From: Saccostrea echinata
Lineage: Eukaryota
Assembly: GCF_033153115.1 (NCBI RefSeq)
Contig: NW_026889830.1
Location: 2,294,001-2,358,000 of the forward strand
Direction of reading: 5' to 3'
Length of the DNA: 64,000 nucleotides
Every line of letters starts with the position of its first letter. Position 1 is the stretch's first letter. Made by a program: the position numbers and the translations under genes. Below the pieces are notes generated by a model, which was given only the letters and a program-made list of their open reading frames with translations, had not been told where the DNA came from and did no database searches. Shown here piece by piece: positions 49,701-58,447 of the stretch.

Positions 49701-51651
49701 TCAACCAAACTGTGAAGATGTTAGGCTGCTACAGTTAAATATTTTAATAGCAAATCAATGAAAACTCACACAAATATGTAAAATTAAAAAAAACTTTGAA
49801 AATCCTGAGAACTAAATGTATAACTTAAAAACTGTCAAATTAATATGCAATCTAAAGTTTAGACTGAACTTACAAAGATTTGGTTTTGTCACTGTGTTTT
49901 GTATACTGTGTGTTTATCATAATACATGTATAATCAAAATTTAGGAAGTCTATAGGTTATGGACTATAGTTAGATCAATCAAGAATTAATTGGCACCATG
50001 TGTGTTTACATCAAAATCATGCATACACGTGAATGTATTGTAATGGCAGGGATCATAAATTAATTTAGTACACTAAAAATGGCATAAAAGTGCTGATTGA
50101 AATATTAATCCTTCTGAAATAAATGCACATAATGTTGAATTTAAATGAAATTTTTGGTTTCTTAGGTTACCCAACTCCCAATGGATCTCTCCCAGAATTA
50201 ACTGACCTCTCTGACTACCCCCATCCATCGGGCAGTCACCGTTTACGCATGCTTGGTACCCCACAAGGGGGACAAGCGGACTTTTACACAATTCCACCAC
50301 ACGATACTGTATATAGGTAGAGCTAGACCCAGATGCTAGCTTTGAGATTTAACATGTGAATGCTCTGAGTATGTGTGACTGTATACAATGTATATGTATA
50401 ATCTGCATGGTCTTAATTTTATACATTGTTGAACTAAACTGTTGTCTTGTATTGAGGTGAATAATGTATTTCTGTATATCTAGTCATGGTAGTGTCCTAT
50501 ATACTTGTATGTCCCCAATGTTGCTCAACTAACTATATACTGATGTGATATTCCACAAGGTGCATTTTGATTAGTGCCAAAAAATCTCAACAGCAAAGTC
50601 ATCAATATTTTTAGTACAATTCCTGTTATGAACTTCTACTTTACTGTGATAATACTTTGGGAAAAATTGATATATTTATCATATATTTCATACTAACTTA
50701 TGATCAGTTTATTCCACTTTTTAATACACCTTTGTAGAGGAATAGTAAGTCTTTTGTGTTTGTTCTTTAAAATCTTTACTTGTTATTGTTAATAGAACCC
50801 TCAGTGAAGAAAGTAAGACCTATAAAAAAGTAGAAAAATATAGAAATTTAGAAGCTACAAGATAGAGAAATGTTGTAGTGAGGCTTAGCAGTTTTACATA
50901 GAATTAAAACTAGCCAATTGCAAATGCTGTTATGTTGTTGTCAGGCAGAAATAGTGTCCAATCAGATTCAGGGTCACATTTCACTGACAGCATCATGTGA
51001 CTGTTTCTTGAGAGCTGTCATAGTGGGTAGCTATTTTATGCATGAGTTGAGCTTGTGTGAATTTATCCTTTCTGATGAGAGTTCTTCCGTATACTTGCTA
51101 TTGTGTGATGGTTTTGTGGATGGCTGCCTGGAACCTGTTTCCTGGGTGATGGAAAACTAGCATAATTTTTTCTCTGAACTTTCACTTTAACCTGAAATCC
51201 TCACTTATGGTTGCTTTGGGATGTGTGTTCTTGGAAAGGTAATATATCTCTAATTATTTTGATCTAATTTCCCATTTTTTAACATAACTGATTTTTTCCG
51301 ATGTACCAAATTTTCCCAAATTAACTGAATATTCTTTAATGTAAAGTTCTTTATTTCCCACAGTATAACCAAAAATTATTTCACAAATTTGAATTTTCTA
51401 TATCTTTTTCTAAATTTTTTGTTATTTTCATTCCCCCTGCCTCCCAGAACTAATACAAAATAATATAAATTATAAAAAAGTTTTAATATATATATATATG
51501 TGTTTTGTATATTTTTAGCTACAGCAACCCACCCTGCACACCTATGTCCACTAGTGCTAAGCTAAGCTTCATCAGTATGCAGTGTATTCCTGAATCATGG
51601 CCAGAGGAACAGGTGGCTGGATACATCAATAGACTGGAAGTCCACCAGTAA
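11485..51651 (+). CDS. Gene 2 (whole model): uncharacterised ~1165-aa protein with N-terminal SDS22-like leucine-rich repeats, LRRcap, helical middle domain and disordered RPxS/T-rich tail; 32 coding exons
   Basis: All 32 exons are bounded by AG/GT and join in consistent phase (3498 nt including stop). LRRs IDLSNSEI, LTLRGNKI, IDLSSNEI, LNLSNNDL, LSLHGN; cap YRIHLIDCLPNVWMLDG. Confidence 0.85.
12365..12434 (+). CDS. Gene 2 exon 2 (FLRSKCKG...IDLSNSEI)
   Basis: AG / GTAAGT, phase 0-1. Confidence 0.8.
12591..12797. mobile_element. Tc1/mariner-type MITE (TA target)
   Basis: TA|CTGTAAACCAACT ... AGTTGGTTTACAA|TA. Confidence 0.75.
13099..13226 (+). CDS. Gene 2 exon 3 (LRRs)
   Basis: tttcAG / GTAAGT, phase 1-0. 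Confidence 0.9.
13572..13728 (+). CDS. Gene 2 exon 4 (LRRs)
   Basis: tgtAG / GTAAGT, phase 0-1. Confidence 0.9.
15549..15611 (+). CDS. Gene 2 exon 5 (LRRcap)
   Basis: ttttAG / GTAAGG, phase 1-1. Confidence 0.9.
16725..16786 (+). CDS. Gene 2 exon 6
   Basis: AAG acceptor / GTAAGT, phase 1-0; SAERLQVKHFF. Confidence 0.8.
16929..17006 (+). CDS. Gene 2 exon 7
   Basis: tttcAG / GTAAGT, phase 0-0. Confidence 0.85.
17794..17842 (+). CDS. Gene 2 exon 8
   Basis: tgtAG / GTAAGT, phase 0-1. Confidence 0.85.
18036..18114 (+). CDS. Gene 2 exon 9
   Basis: ttcAG / GTATAC, phase 1-2. Confidence 0.85.
18294..18396 (+). CDS. Gene 2 exon 10
   Basis: ttacAG / GTAAGT, phase 2-0. Confidence 0.85.
18766..18839 (+). 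CDS. Gene 2 exon 11
   Basis: gacAG / GTAAGT, phase 0-2. Confidence 0.85.
19496..19918 (+). mobile_element. HINE-like element with two ~161-bp tandem units
   Basis: 5' hairpin ATGCCCTCCTTC-GAA-GAAGGGAGGGCAT after a T-run, short TGTC tract, repeats at 19565 and 19726, 3' subTIR GGAAGGGCAT. Confidence 0.8.
20409..20576. mobile_element. Decayed Tc1/mariner-type MITE
   Basis: TA|CAGTAAAACCTGT...TCCAGATA with TATCTGGA...ACAAGTTTAACTG as imperfect TIRs. Confidence 0.5.
20654..20756 (+). CDS. Gene 2 exon 12
   Basis: ctccAG / GTAACA, phase 2-0. Confidence 0.85.
21244..21362 (+). CDS. Gene 2 exon 13
   Basis: tacAG / GTGAGT, phase 0-2. Confidence 0.85.
21468..21559 (+). CDS. Gene 2 exon 14
   Basis: tatcAG / GTAAGT, phase 2-1. 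Confidence 0.85.
21915..22003 (+). CDS. Gene 2 exon 15
   Basis: ttacAG / GTAAGA, phase 1-0. Confidence 0.85.
22138..22257 (+). CDS. Gene 2 exon 16
   Basis: aacAG / GTAAGC, phase 0-0. Confidence 0.8.
22354..22498 (+). CDS. Gene 2 exon 17
   Basis: accAG / GTAAGA, phase 0-1. Confidence 0.8.
22699..22730 (+). CDS. Gene 2 exon 18
   Basis: cttcAG / GTAGAG, phase 1-0. Confidence 0.8.
23032..23098 (+). CDS. Gene 2 exon 19
   Basis: cccAG / GTATCT, phase 0-1. Confidence 0.85.
23401..23527 (+). CDS. Gene 2 exon 20
   Basis: cccAG / GTAAAC, phase 1-2. Confidence 0.85.
23578..23660 (+). mobile_element. 5' end of another HINE-like family
   Basis: T-run followed by hairpin AGCCGGGCTTATTGCTC-GAA-GAGCAATAGCCGGCT. 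3' end not located. Confidence 0.5.
24820..25032. mobile_element. Tc1/mariner-type MITE (TA target)
   Basis: TA|CTGTAAAAT...TTTTCATG with CATGAAAA...ATTTCACAG|TA. Confidence 0.65.
26446..26623 (+). CDS. Gene 2 exon 21
   Basis: tttgcAG / GTAAAA, phase 2-0. Confidence 0.85.
28094..28273 (+). CDS. Gene 2 exon 22
   Basis: aacAG / GTACCA, phase 0-0. Confidence 0.8.
28660..28776 (+). CDS. Gene 2 exon 23
   Basis: ttacAG / GTCAGG, phase 0-0. Confidence 0.8.
30180..31117 (-). mobile_element. Helentron-associated non-autonomous element carrying ~4 Cg170-like satellite units
   Basis: Minus-strand ends TTAGCTCACCTGAGCCGAAGGCTCAAGTG ... CAGGTGAGCGATGTGGTCCCTGGGCCTCTTG. Units ATGATTTGAACAA near 30312, 30432, 30598 and 30774. 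Confidence 0.85.
34310..35635 (-). CDS. Gene 3: intronless ankyrin-repeat protein (441 aa, ~12 ANK repeats) nested antisense in intron 23 of gene 2
   Basis: Uninterrupted ORF with G-x-TPLH-x-A...GA(D/N)xN repeats every ~33 aa. AAAACAATG start context. Minus-strand AATAAA at 33976-33981. Confidence 0.93.
   Translation of the reverse strand: MTFRMKNFKLLEKAASELVKAITLGDIEEIQKVLNKYKKLRPDISTTITSDGTTVLHFIARWHRQTILEMILEPGIEINVHDNDGATPLQTAFLHNNLDTAKYFIQYGADVNESSSIKTGAKIIHKMVTTGRLNAANILIECGASINSADKMGRTPLHLAMIRNDLNMAKLLLEKGAEIDGCDHNGINSLHLSIIYQHPEITKLLIQRGADISFKDKSGMLPLHLSVSAGFLDITKQILKKSNAHINTKERLMGRTPLHLACAINHLPITKLLIETGADINLTTNFRKSPLHIAATNKAPEIVTLLLRNEANVNIMSIGNKTALHNAIEAGQVSITYSLLQYGANLNLRDLHGHTPLHYAARMGSSDCVNALLRFGVNVNSYDNTQKTALHFAVINNHIDTAMCLIRGGINFSTRDEENKTAMDYDESGRLNEILTKMFKV
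37810..38900 (+). mobile_element. HINE-like element with a (GTCA)n tract and ~180-bp tandem units
   Basis: subTIR ATACCCCACGC / GCGTGGGGTAT, 5' hairpin CACGCAAC-AA-GTTGCGTG, repeats at 37911 and 38091, 3' hairpin TGAGCTTGCTCA. Confidence 0.8.
39130..39693 (+). mobile_element. HINE-like element with ~148-bp tandem units
   Basis: 16-bp subTIR AGCTCACCTCAACGAA / TTCGTTGAGGTGAGCT, units at 39183, 39330 and 39478, 3' hairpin GTAATC-TCT-GATTAC. Confidence 0.8.
40661..42085 (+). mobile_element. Helentron-associated element with ~7 Cg170-like satellite units (same family as 30180-31117)
   Basis: TTAGCTCACATGAGCTGAAAACTCAAGTGAGC ... CAGGTGAGCATTGTGGCCCATGGACCTCTTGT. The AAATCATGA marker recurs every ~150-165 bp from 41001 to 41947. 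Confidence 0.85.
42850..42911 (+). CDS. Gene 2 exon 24
   Basis: tgtAG / GTAAGA, phase 0-2. Needed to keep frame between exons 23 and 25. Confidence 0.75.
44149..44460 (+). CDS. Gene 2 exon 25
   Basis: tttAG / GTTTGT, phase 2-2; overlaps ORF 44159-44485. Confidence 0.8.
44710..44867 (+). CDS. Gene 2 exon 26
   Basis: ttacAG / GTAATG (weak donor), phase 2-1. Confidence 0.7.
45113..45326. mobile_element. Kolobok-like TTAA MITE, copy 1
   Basis: TTAA|AGAGGCTGGGGGGT ... ACCCCCCAGCCTCC|TTAA. Confidence 0.8.
45866..46070. mobile_element. Kolobok-like TTAA MITE, copy 2 (same orientation)
   Basis: TTAA|GAGGGCTGGGTGGTC ... GACCCCCCAGCCTCC|TTAA. The interior closely matches copy 1. Confidence 0.8.
46453..46503 (+). 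CDS. Gene 2 exon 27 (possible cassette exon)
   Basis: cacAG / GTAAGC, 51 nt, phase 1-1. Confidence 0.65.
46857..46910 (+). CDS. Gene 2 exon 28 (possible cassette exon)
   Basis: tttaAG / GTGACC, 54 nt, phase 1-1; alternative in-frame acceptor at 46868. Confidence 0.5.
47178..47374. mobile_element. Tc1/mariner-type MITE (TA target)
   Basis: TA|CTGTGAACGAGGATATT ... AATTTCCACGTTTACAG|TA. Confidence 0.65.
47659..47923 (+). CDS. Gene 2 exon 29
   Basis: tttgcAG / GTAAAT, phase 1-2; RPSSP, RPSSA, WLAGGRDLFWE, RPRSA. Confidence 0.85.
48025..48924. mobile_element. 900-bp non-autonomous TIR element
   Basis: TAAT|CAGTCATTCTACAATAAATGGACCAATT ... AATTGGTCATGTTTTTGTAGAATGACTG|TAAT. Confidence 0.8.
49174..49235 (+). 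CDS. Gene 2 exon 30
   Basis: tttgtAG / GTTGGT, phase 2-1. Confidence 0.75.
50166..50316 (+). CDS. Gene 2 exon 31
   Basis: cttAG / GTAGAG, phase 1-2. Confidence 0.8.
51519..51651 (+). CDS. Gene 2 exon 32 (terminal, ...INRLEVHQ*)
   Basis: ttttAG, phase 2, TAA at 51649-51651 followed by TGA. Confidence 0.75.
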
Positions 51652-53439
51652 TGACTAAGATCCATAGATACAGATCTAGGACTGACTTGTAGACAATGCA
51701 GTCACAATTCACCATCGATGTAAAATAATTTGATCAAAGGACTATATTCTGTAATGACTAATATCTGCCCCAAAAATCAAACTTTAATAGTGAAATCTAT
51801 ATTTTTGTTCTACACCAGGGGGATGTCTGCAGACTTCAAAGCATTACCTATTTTCATCAGCTATGACACTATATGTAAAGTATGATGTCAAGAAGATGAT
51901 GTGAATTCAAAATTTAAGTGATTCTAAGAGTAAAGAGTTTATTTTATGTGGATATTTTTATTAAAAGTTCAGTGCAAGACTGTTCCAACCCAATCTTTTG
52001 ATTTAATGTGTGGAATTATAATATCAAAGAAATATTTGAATATTGTAAAGAGCTGGTTTGTGCTCTGTAAATTCTATTGTCAGATTTGAACAAATTTTGT
52101 CCTCTAGCTTTCTTGAAAATAAGAGAAAATTCAAATAGTTTGTGACATCTCAGAAACAAGAATTGCTATTACTTTACTTCCAAACCGTTTTTTTTATAAT
52201 TCAAATTTTTCAAACAATATATACAATTGTTTACTTTTTTAGACATCTTCAAAATTGGGCTTTCATGTGGGCAAAAATATGCTTTTACCTTATATAGTTC
52301 TTTGCATTAAAAAATAGCTTACTTTTAAGATAGTGTTTAAGGTAGATATGTACAGGTACATATACAAATTTAATACATGTAAATTTGTACAACTTACATA
52401 AACATCTTATATAAAATCTACATAAAAATTATAAATAATCAATTATGTTAAATTTTCTCTTCATGTGAAGTACATGTAATGTATGAAGATTGAAAACCTG
52501 TGATATATAAGTTACTTGTGATAATTTATATTGTACAATTTATGGGTAAATTATACACAAACTATTCTTTATTTTTTAATTGGCTAATACATGTATATAC
52601 ATGTACTTGTCTGGTATGTTTATTGTAGATTATGTTTGGAGCTGTTACAGTGAAAATGAATATTTTGTCTATGAATTATTTCTAGTAAGCAAATCAGATA
52701 TTGTAAGCAAAGGAAATATGTTAGGGTTGTTGGTTCTCTAATTAAAATATGAGGATTAAAATATATATTTCCATAAAGGTTTGAACAATTCATTTTACCA
52801 GAGACATAAATAACAACTCCGCCATTACTCTTCATTGGTCTTGTATTTTTATCTAAAGTAAATTTAGTATGAATTCTATTATATATGGGTGTATGATTTG
52901 TAAAGTTTTATTGATTTTTGAAATCAAACTAGGCAAATTAAAGAGGTCAATGATCACTGATGATCGAAAGTCGGCAAAATCGCGGCGATATAGCCAACCA
53001 AGAGTCATCTGTTGCAATTTCAGATTTTTCCTTTGTTATTGTTTTAGATAAAGAAACTACGAACATATAACATCCTGAATAATTTGTTAATATGAATTAA
53101 ATTTTTTTACAATAGGGAACATAAGATCATGCGATACTTCAAAGAGTTGCGAATCTGTTTTTATGTCTCTCCGATTTTACCATTTTTGTTCAGAAAATTC
53201 AGTTTGCTGATATACTGTTTTAGCATCAGTGAACTGTGCATTTGTACATATATTCTTCAAGTAATAGGGGTATAATATGCATGAAGATCGTGGGATTTGC
53301 TTAGAAAAGAGATTTTTGTAGAAATTTGAATTTTTTTTTATAAATAAATTGTGAAATTCCTTGATTTCTTACAGACTTTGAATGTGCTTTGAGGATAATC
53401 ATGTTGCAACACAATTGGTACTGGAATACAGCTCTTTAT

Positions 53440-53976
53440 CATAGGATCTAGAACCCCCCACCCCCACCCCCCGATTACATATTGATGTGAGCTTTTCAAC
53501 TTCATGATTTTTTTTACCTTGACATTTCCTTTGACCTTGATCTCACTTTTCATTTATTAGTGATAAGTTCAGTTTAAAGAAACTATATATAAACAAGATA
53601 TCTTTACAAACCTTATATGCTGATACGTATTGATGAGAGCTATCTAACTTCATGAACATTTTTTGACCTGGAACGTTTATTTGACCTTAATCTCACCTTT
53701 TTTAAACGTGTTAATTTTAGTTTCAAAGAATTATTCAAGATATTTTTATATAAGCTTATGCACTGATATATAATTTGGTGAGAACTTATCAAATTTCTTT
53801 TACCTTGACCCTCCCATTGACTTTTGACTTTTTATGAATAGAGTATAAAACCCAGTTTTAAAGAAACCAATATATGAAATTTTCATCAAACGTCATAAAC
53901 TTATTCAGGTTTTCATGGTGCATTACTAAATGAGCCCTGGACAGGGCATTCATGTCCTATGGGCATATTCCTAGTT
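53440..53976 (+). repeat. Decayed tandem-repeat element (TTGACCTTGA-type units), probably HINE-like
   Basis: Three similar units near 53516, 53680 and 53801. Ends GGGCATTCATGTCCTATGGGCATATTCCTAGTT. Confidence 0.45.
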
Positions 53977-54189
53977 TTCCAAAATATTTCCATATAAAAA
54001 TGTGATCCCCTAATGGAATCCCACACTACTCTAGGGAAACATACATGAACTTGAATCGTCCCCACCCCTCCTTGCTGCAGTATGCATGATTGAACCTCTC
54101 AACTTTGGTCACCCCCTTTTTGCAAGCCCCCCCCCCCTTCAAAAAAAAAAAAAATGAAATTTGGCTATTTTAAAATCCCCAACCAATTT

Positions 54190-54930
54190 GGTTCTATTGA
54201 TGAGAGTAACAATTGTTTTATTTCCCACATCAAATCAATGATTTCTCTCATTCATTCAATTGATGCGCCCATCAATTTTTTTTGTTGAGCTCCTCAATAT
54301 TGTGCAATTAATGCTTGTAAAAATAAAATTTAAGTTCGATATAAATGATTTGTTGATCTCTTAAAATCTTTTATTAATTTCACAACAAGTCTGTTATTAG
54401 AATTTATGTGCGCATTAGTATTTTCAAGGAGAGCAACAATACAAATTAAGGATCATTATTATGCATATTCGAACTACAGATAACACCTCATGAAATAGTT
54501 ACCCTATCTAAAAGTATTGTTGCGCCCAATGATTGAATTAATGATTTCATTAATTCAATAGAAGAGAGCAATAATTCAATTGTGCATGTGAAATCGTTAA
54601 TTTAACCGAAGAAAGCATTTTTTTTTTCAATTATTAGCGGCATTTTTATTGATTATTATTGATCTCTTCAGTTGTATTGTTGCGCGCATTGATTGATTAC
54701 TGTATTCAATTGAATTATTCATTTGGAAGGAGCAATAATGTACTAATGTACATGTAATTGTTGCGTACACCATTCCGCAAATTGATTAATGCTTTCAGTT
54801 GTTGAAGTAATGCGTGGAATAGTGTAGAAATGAAGATCGTTTTATATTAAAGAGATCTTTAATAGAATTGTTTCGTGCATCAAATGAATTGATATCCTCA
54901 AATAAGTTGAAATGATTTTTTTTTCGCGTA
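54190..54930. repeat. Degenerate short-period repeat region (ATTGATGCGCNCATCAATT-like units)
   Basis: Repeated TTG(A/T)TGCGC..A and GAGAGCAAT motifs in both orientations. Confidence 0.55.
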
Positions 54931-55825
54931 TGGCTCAGGTGAGCTATAAATGGAACAAGGAAAGCCAAACTTTGAAAACTGCTTAAAATTATATACATGT
55001 ATCAGTATTATTTCCATGACATAAATAAAGGTTTAAATGCTGTCATAAGAAAGCAATACTTGATTTTGTAAGGAAAAAAACAAACATTGTTTTTCGGTCC
55101 CAATTCCAAAAGATGACACGGCTTAAAAACTATGTACGTTTCTATGCTCTTCCTGCATATGGCAAAGACTTGGAAGTAACTTGTATGAAGACAAGAAATG
55201 TCTTCCTCCGTTCTTTAAACCTTTTTTGGTATCCTACACTATAAAAATGGTCATGATAGGTACTAGTACATGTGCAAAGTTATGGAAGAATCTTGTTGAG
55301 GTGTAATATGGTTCACAGTGGTGTAGCTAGGAAAATATTTAGTGTATTCAAAAAGGCAAGGGGTCTGGGGGCCGCCTTGAGGCTCATGGATTTTCAGTGT
55401 TTTAAACCAGAAAATTACCTTAAAATATTTTATTTTTTACCACTGTTCTACTTAATATGAAGAAAAATTGTTGAGCTTTGACAATACTTACAGCTCCACA
55501 AAATCCCTTTCTTCAAAAGCATTTCTTGTTACATCTATCATGAATAAAGACATTTAAGGAATGAAGCTTATTTTAACCTATGTTACAAGATATATAAATT
55601 AACTTGGGGCAGTTTACGCTTTATAAACCGCGAAGTACCCTTACAAACACACCCACACCCTCACTTACACACAAACACACACATCCTCAAATAACACTAC
55701 TGAGGTCCGTTAGGACCGAAAACAGTCTGATAGTCATATTTTTCCATGCAGAATTTTTTGAGCATGTATCGTATTTAAAAGATTGCCTTTTTGTTTACCT
55801 TAGACAGTCCGATATTAGTTACAAC

Positions 55826-56173
55826 TGTAACACGAAAGGAGAAAATATATGGTTGGACCGGGAATCGAACCCAGGACCCCTGCATCACTAGTCAGGTGCT
55901 CTACCGACTTCACTACCCAGGCCGATATCCACGGCCCAAACCCATTACATTCCTCCCTTCTTAAAAATTGTCTTCCCTCTCTAAGACACAACCCAGTTCT
56001 TATTTGCCCCTGGCAGGACTTTCACCTGCAAGCCCAGGGATGGTCAACATCACCAAATTATGTAACAGGAAAGGAGACAATGTATGGCCGAACCCGGGAC
56101 CCCTGCATCACTATAGTCATGTGCTCTACCGACTGAGCTACCCAGGCCGATATCCACGGCCAAAACCATTCCA
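55826..56173 (-). mobile_element. Miniature non-autonomous LTR element (TRIM) with tRNA-derived sequence inside each LTR (Ajax-like)
   Basis: Direct repeats 55826-55949 (TG...CA) and 56061-56173. Minus-strand PBS-like TGGTGATGTTGACC after the 5' LTR and PPT AAGAAGGGAGGAA before the 3' LTR. The LTR contains TAGCTCAGTCGG (A box) and GGTTCGATTCC (B box). Confidence 0.85.
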
Positions 56174-57710
56174 TAACAAAAAACAAAATGCTAATGACCA
56201 CTGAAGCAATTCTTTAAAGAATGCAGGTTTGAATGAAAAGTACTCGTCAAATTGAATTTCAAATTAAGTATTTTTAAAAATATTGTCATATACATGTACT
56301 ACATGTACCTTAATTTTGCAAAGGCACATCTTAGTACATCTTTCTACGAGAAAAACAGAATAATGATATCAAATTGTTTGAATGTTGTTCTTTATTCATC
56401 TCTAAACTTTGTGTTTTATTTTTTGGCTTCTATGTTAATTGTTGTTGTTTTTTTAATAGGTAGATAGGGTTTTGAATGATAGGTTGTCGCTAAACAGAGA
56501 AAAAATATGGAGATGACATATATATGTGTGTGATTAATAATTTTGTAATGTAATCAACAGTAAAACTTTTCTATAATAAAAATGAGAGATTTACCGGCCA
56601 ACTCTGCTTATAGTAGTAAGTACTTCTGATAATAATTATTCAACCCAGATAAGGGAATTTGTTATCTATGGTTAGCACTACATGATTGTTTGATTGTTTA
56701 TTGCTTATTGCAGATCGCTAATCTGCAGTATTTCGGCCACATTTCGGTGGTAAAGATTATTTCTTATGACCGGTTTTTGGAAGTTTTTGGGTTTCCAGTG
56801 AGCCTACTCTTTTTCGAAAACCTGAGAAATGATCTGTTGCATGCCAAGGGGGTTGAAACATTTCTTTAATAATTATTTTACAAGTTTAGGGACCCGTTTT
56901 TGCATTATCTAGTCCGTCATATTTTCTTCAGTATATTCAGTTTAACTGGAAGTTTTTATATTTTCCAATTCTGTATGATCAATATTCTGTTTCAAAATCA
57001 TAATTGTATTTATGAAAATTTAAAAAAAAAAATGCTGTTTGCTAATGATCACACTTTTTAATTATTCTCATGTTCAGTGACTGTCCAATTTTGAAGGATA
57101 CCAGACTGCTCACTAATATCGGACTGCCACAGGTAAAATTTTAGACTGCAAGAACAAAGGAACGGCATCACAGCAATGTTTTAAAAGTATGATCAAATTT
57201 TAAAACCGATACATGCTACTAACAAATAATTTTATGTTACAGTGGTTTCAACAGTCTCGTTAAATGTCAGTATTTTTGCAAATTCTAAATGGTAGTAATA
57301 ATGACCTCGTTTGCAAATACAACCTATCTTGGGTTGAATTGTGACTGACATGTTTTCCCGCCGAAAGTCAATATCTTGATTTTGTAATTTTCTACGCACC
57401 TATCAATTAACTTTTAAAAGTTTTCTCCTCATTATGGTTGACGGTGGATGGTCTCATTTGTTAGGATATTGTTTCCAAACTCAGTAATTTATGACTACGC
57501 ATCGGACTCGAGGCGCGTGTGACGACTACTGTATAAGGGATGCTTACTCCAGCTAGACGCTTGATCCCATCTCTGATATGTCCATCGGTCTGTGTTTGTT
57601 AATAGGGCATGATCTTGAGGGAAAGAGGGAGAGAAAAAAAAATAAGGGATATTTCTAGACCCCAAACCCCCGAAAAAAATGCTGATCATGTTTATTGTGT
57701 TTCTACTCTT

Positions 57711-58194
57711 TATTAGTCCCCTACCGGTGAAACCGGAGGGGACTATAGGTTTCCTCTGAGTCTGTCCGTCCGTCTGTCTGTCTGTCCGTCTGTCTGTCCG
57801 TCTGTCTGTCCGTCTGTCCCTCTGTCTGTCTGTCAGTCTGTCCCACTTGGTTTTCCGCACTTTTTCCCTAAACGCTTGCAGATATTGAGCTGATTTTTGG
57901 TATGTGAGTGTATCTTGATGAGTTACAGACCAAGTTTGCATTTCGTTCCGCTTCATTGATTTTTGACGGAATTACGGCCTTTTCAATTTTTACGGGTTTT
58001 CCGCAATTTTCTTCTAAACGCTTGTAGATATTGAGCTGATTTTTGGTATGTGGCTTTACCTTGATTAGTTATAGATCAAGTTTGCATGCATTTCGTCCCG
58101 CTTCATTAATTTTTGACGGAATTATGGCATTTTCAATTCTTAACGGGAACGGAACCAGATTACACTTGCCGGTAGGGAACTAGTATTGCTAATG
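57711..58194 (+). mobile_element. HINE-like element with (GTCT/GTCC)n and two ~146-bp units; 3' end cut by the assembly gap
   Basis: 5' hairpin TAGTCCCCTACCGGT-GAA-ACCGGAGGGGACTA; 3' subTIR CCGGTAGGGAACTA. Confidence 0.8.
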
Positions 58195-58335
58195 NNNNNN
58201 NNNNNNNNNNNNNNNNNNNNNNNNNNNNNNNNNNNNNNNNNNNNNNNNNNNNNNNNNNNNNNNNNNNNNNNNNNNNNNNNNNNNNNNNNNNNNNNNNNNN
58301 NNNNNNNNNNNNNNNNNNNNNNNNNNNNNNNNNNN
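58195..58335. other. Assembly gap (141 N)
   Basis: Read directly from the sequence. Confidence 1.
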
Positions 58336-58447
58336 ATTGAAGTGGTATTTAAGGTCAGACGACACGTTCCTCAATAATATATAATTTTCCCAAGAATAAG
58401 TATGTGTGCATTACTACGAGGCGCCGTTTTAGTATTTAATGCCATTT

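Noticed and set aside
55850-55924. Functional tRNA-Thr(AGT) gene
   Set aside because: The acceptor stem does not pair, the D arm is mutated, and it sits inside an LTR.
57495-57956. 153-aa ORF with TDRR repeats
   Set aside because: Translation of the microsatellite within a HINE-like element.
58186-58377. ORFs across the N run
   Set aside because: Assembly gap artefact.
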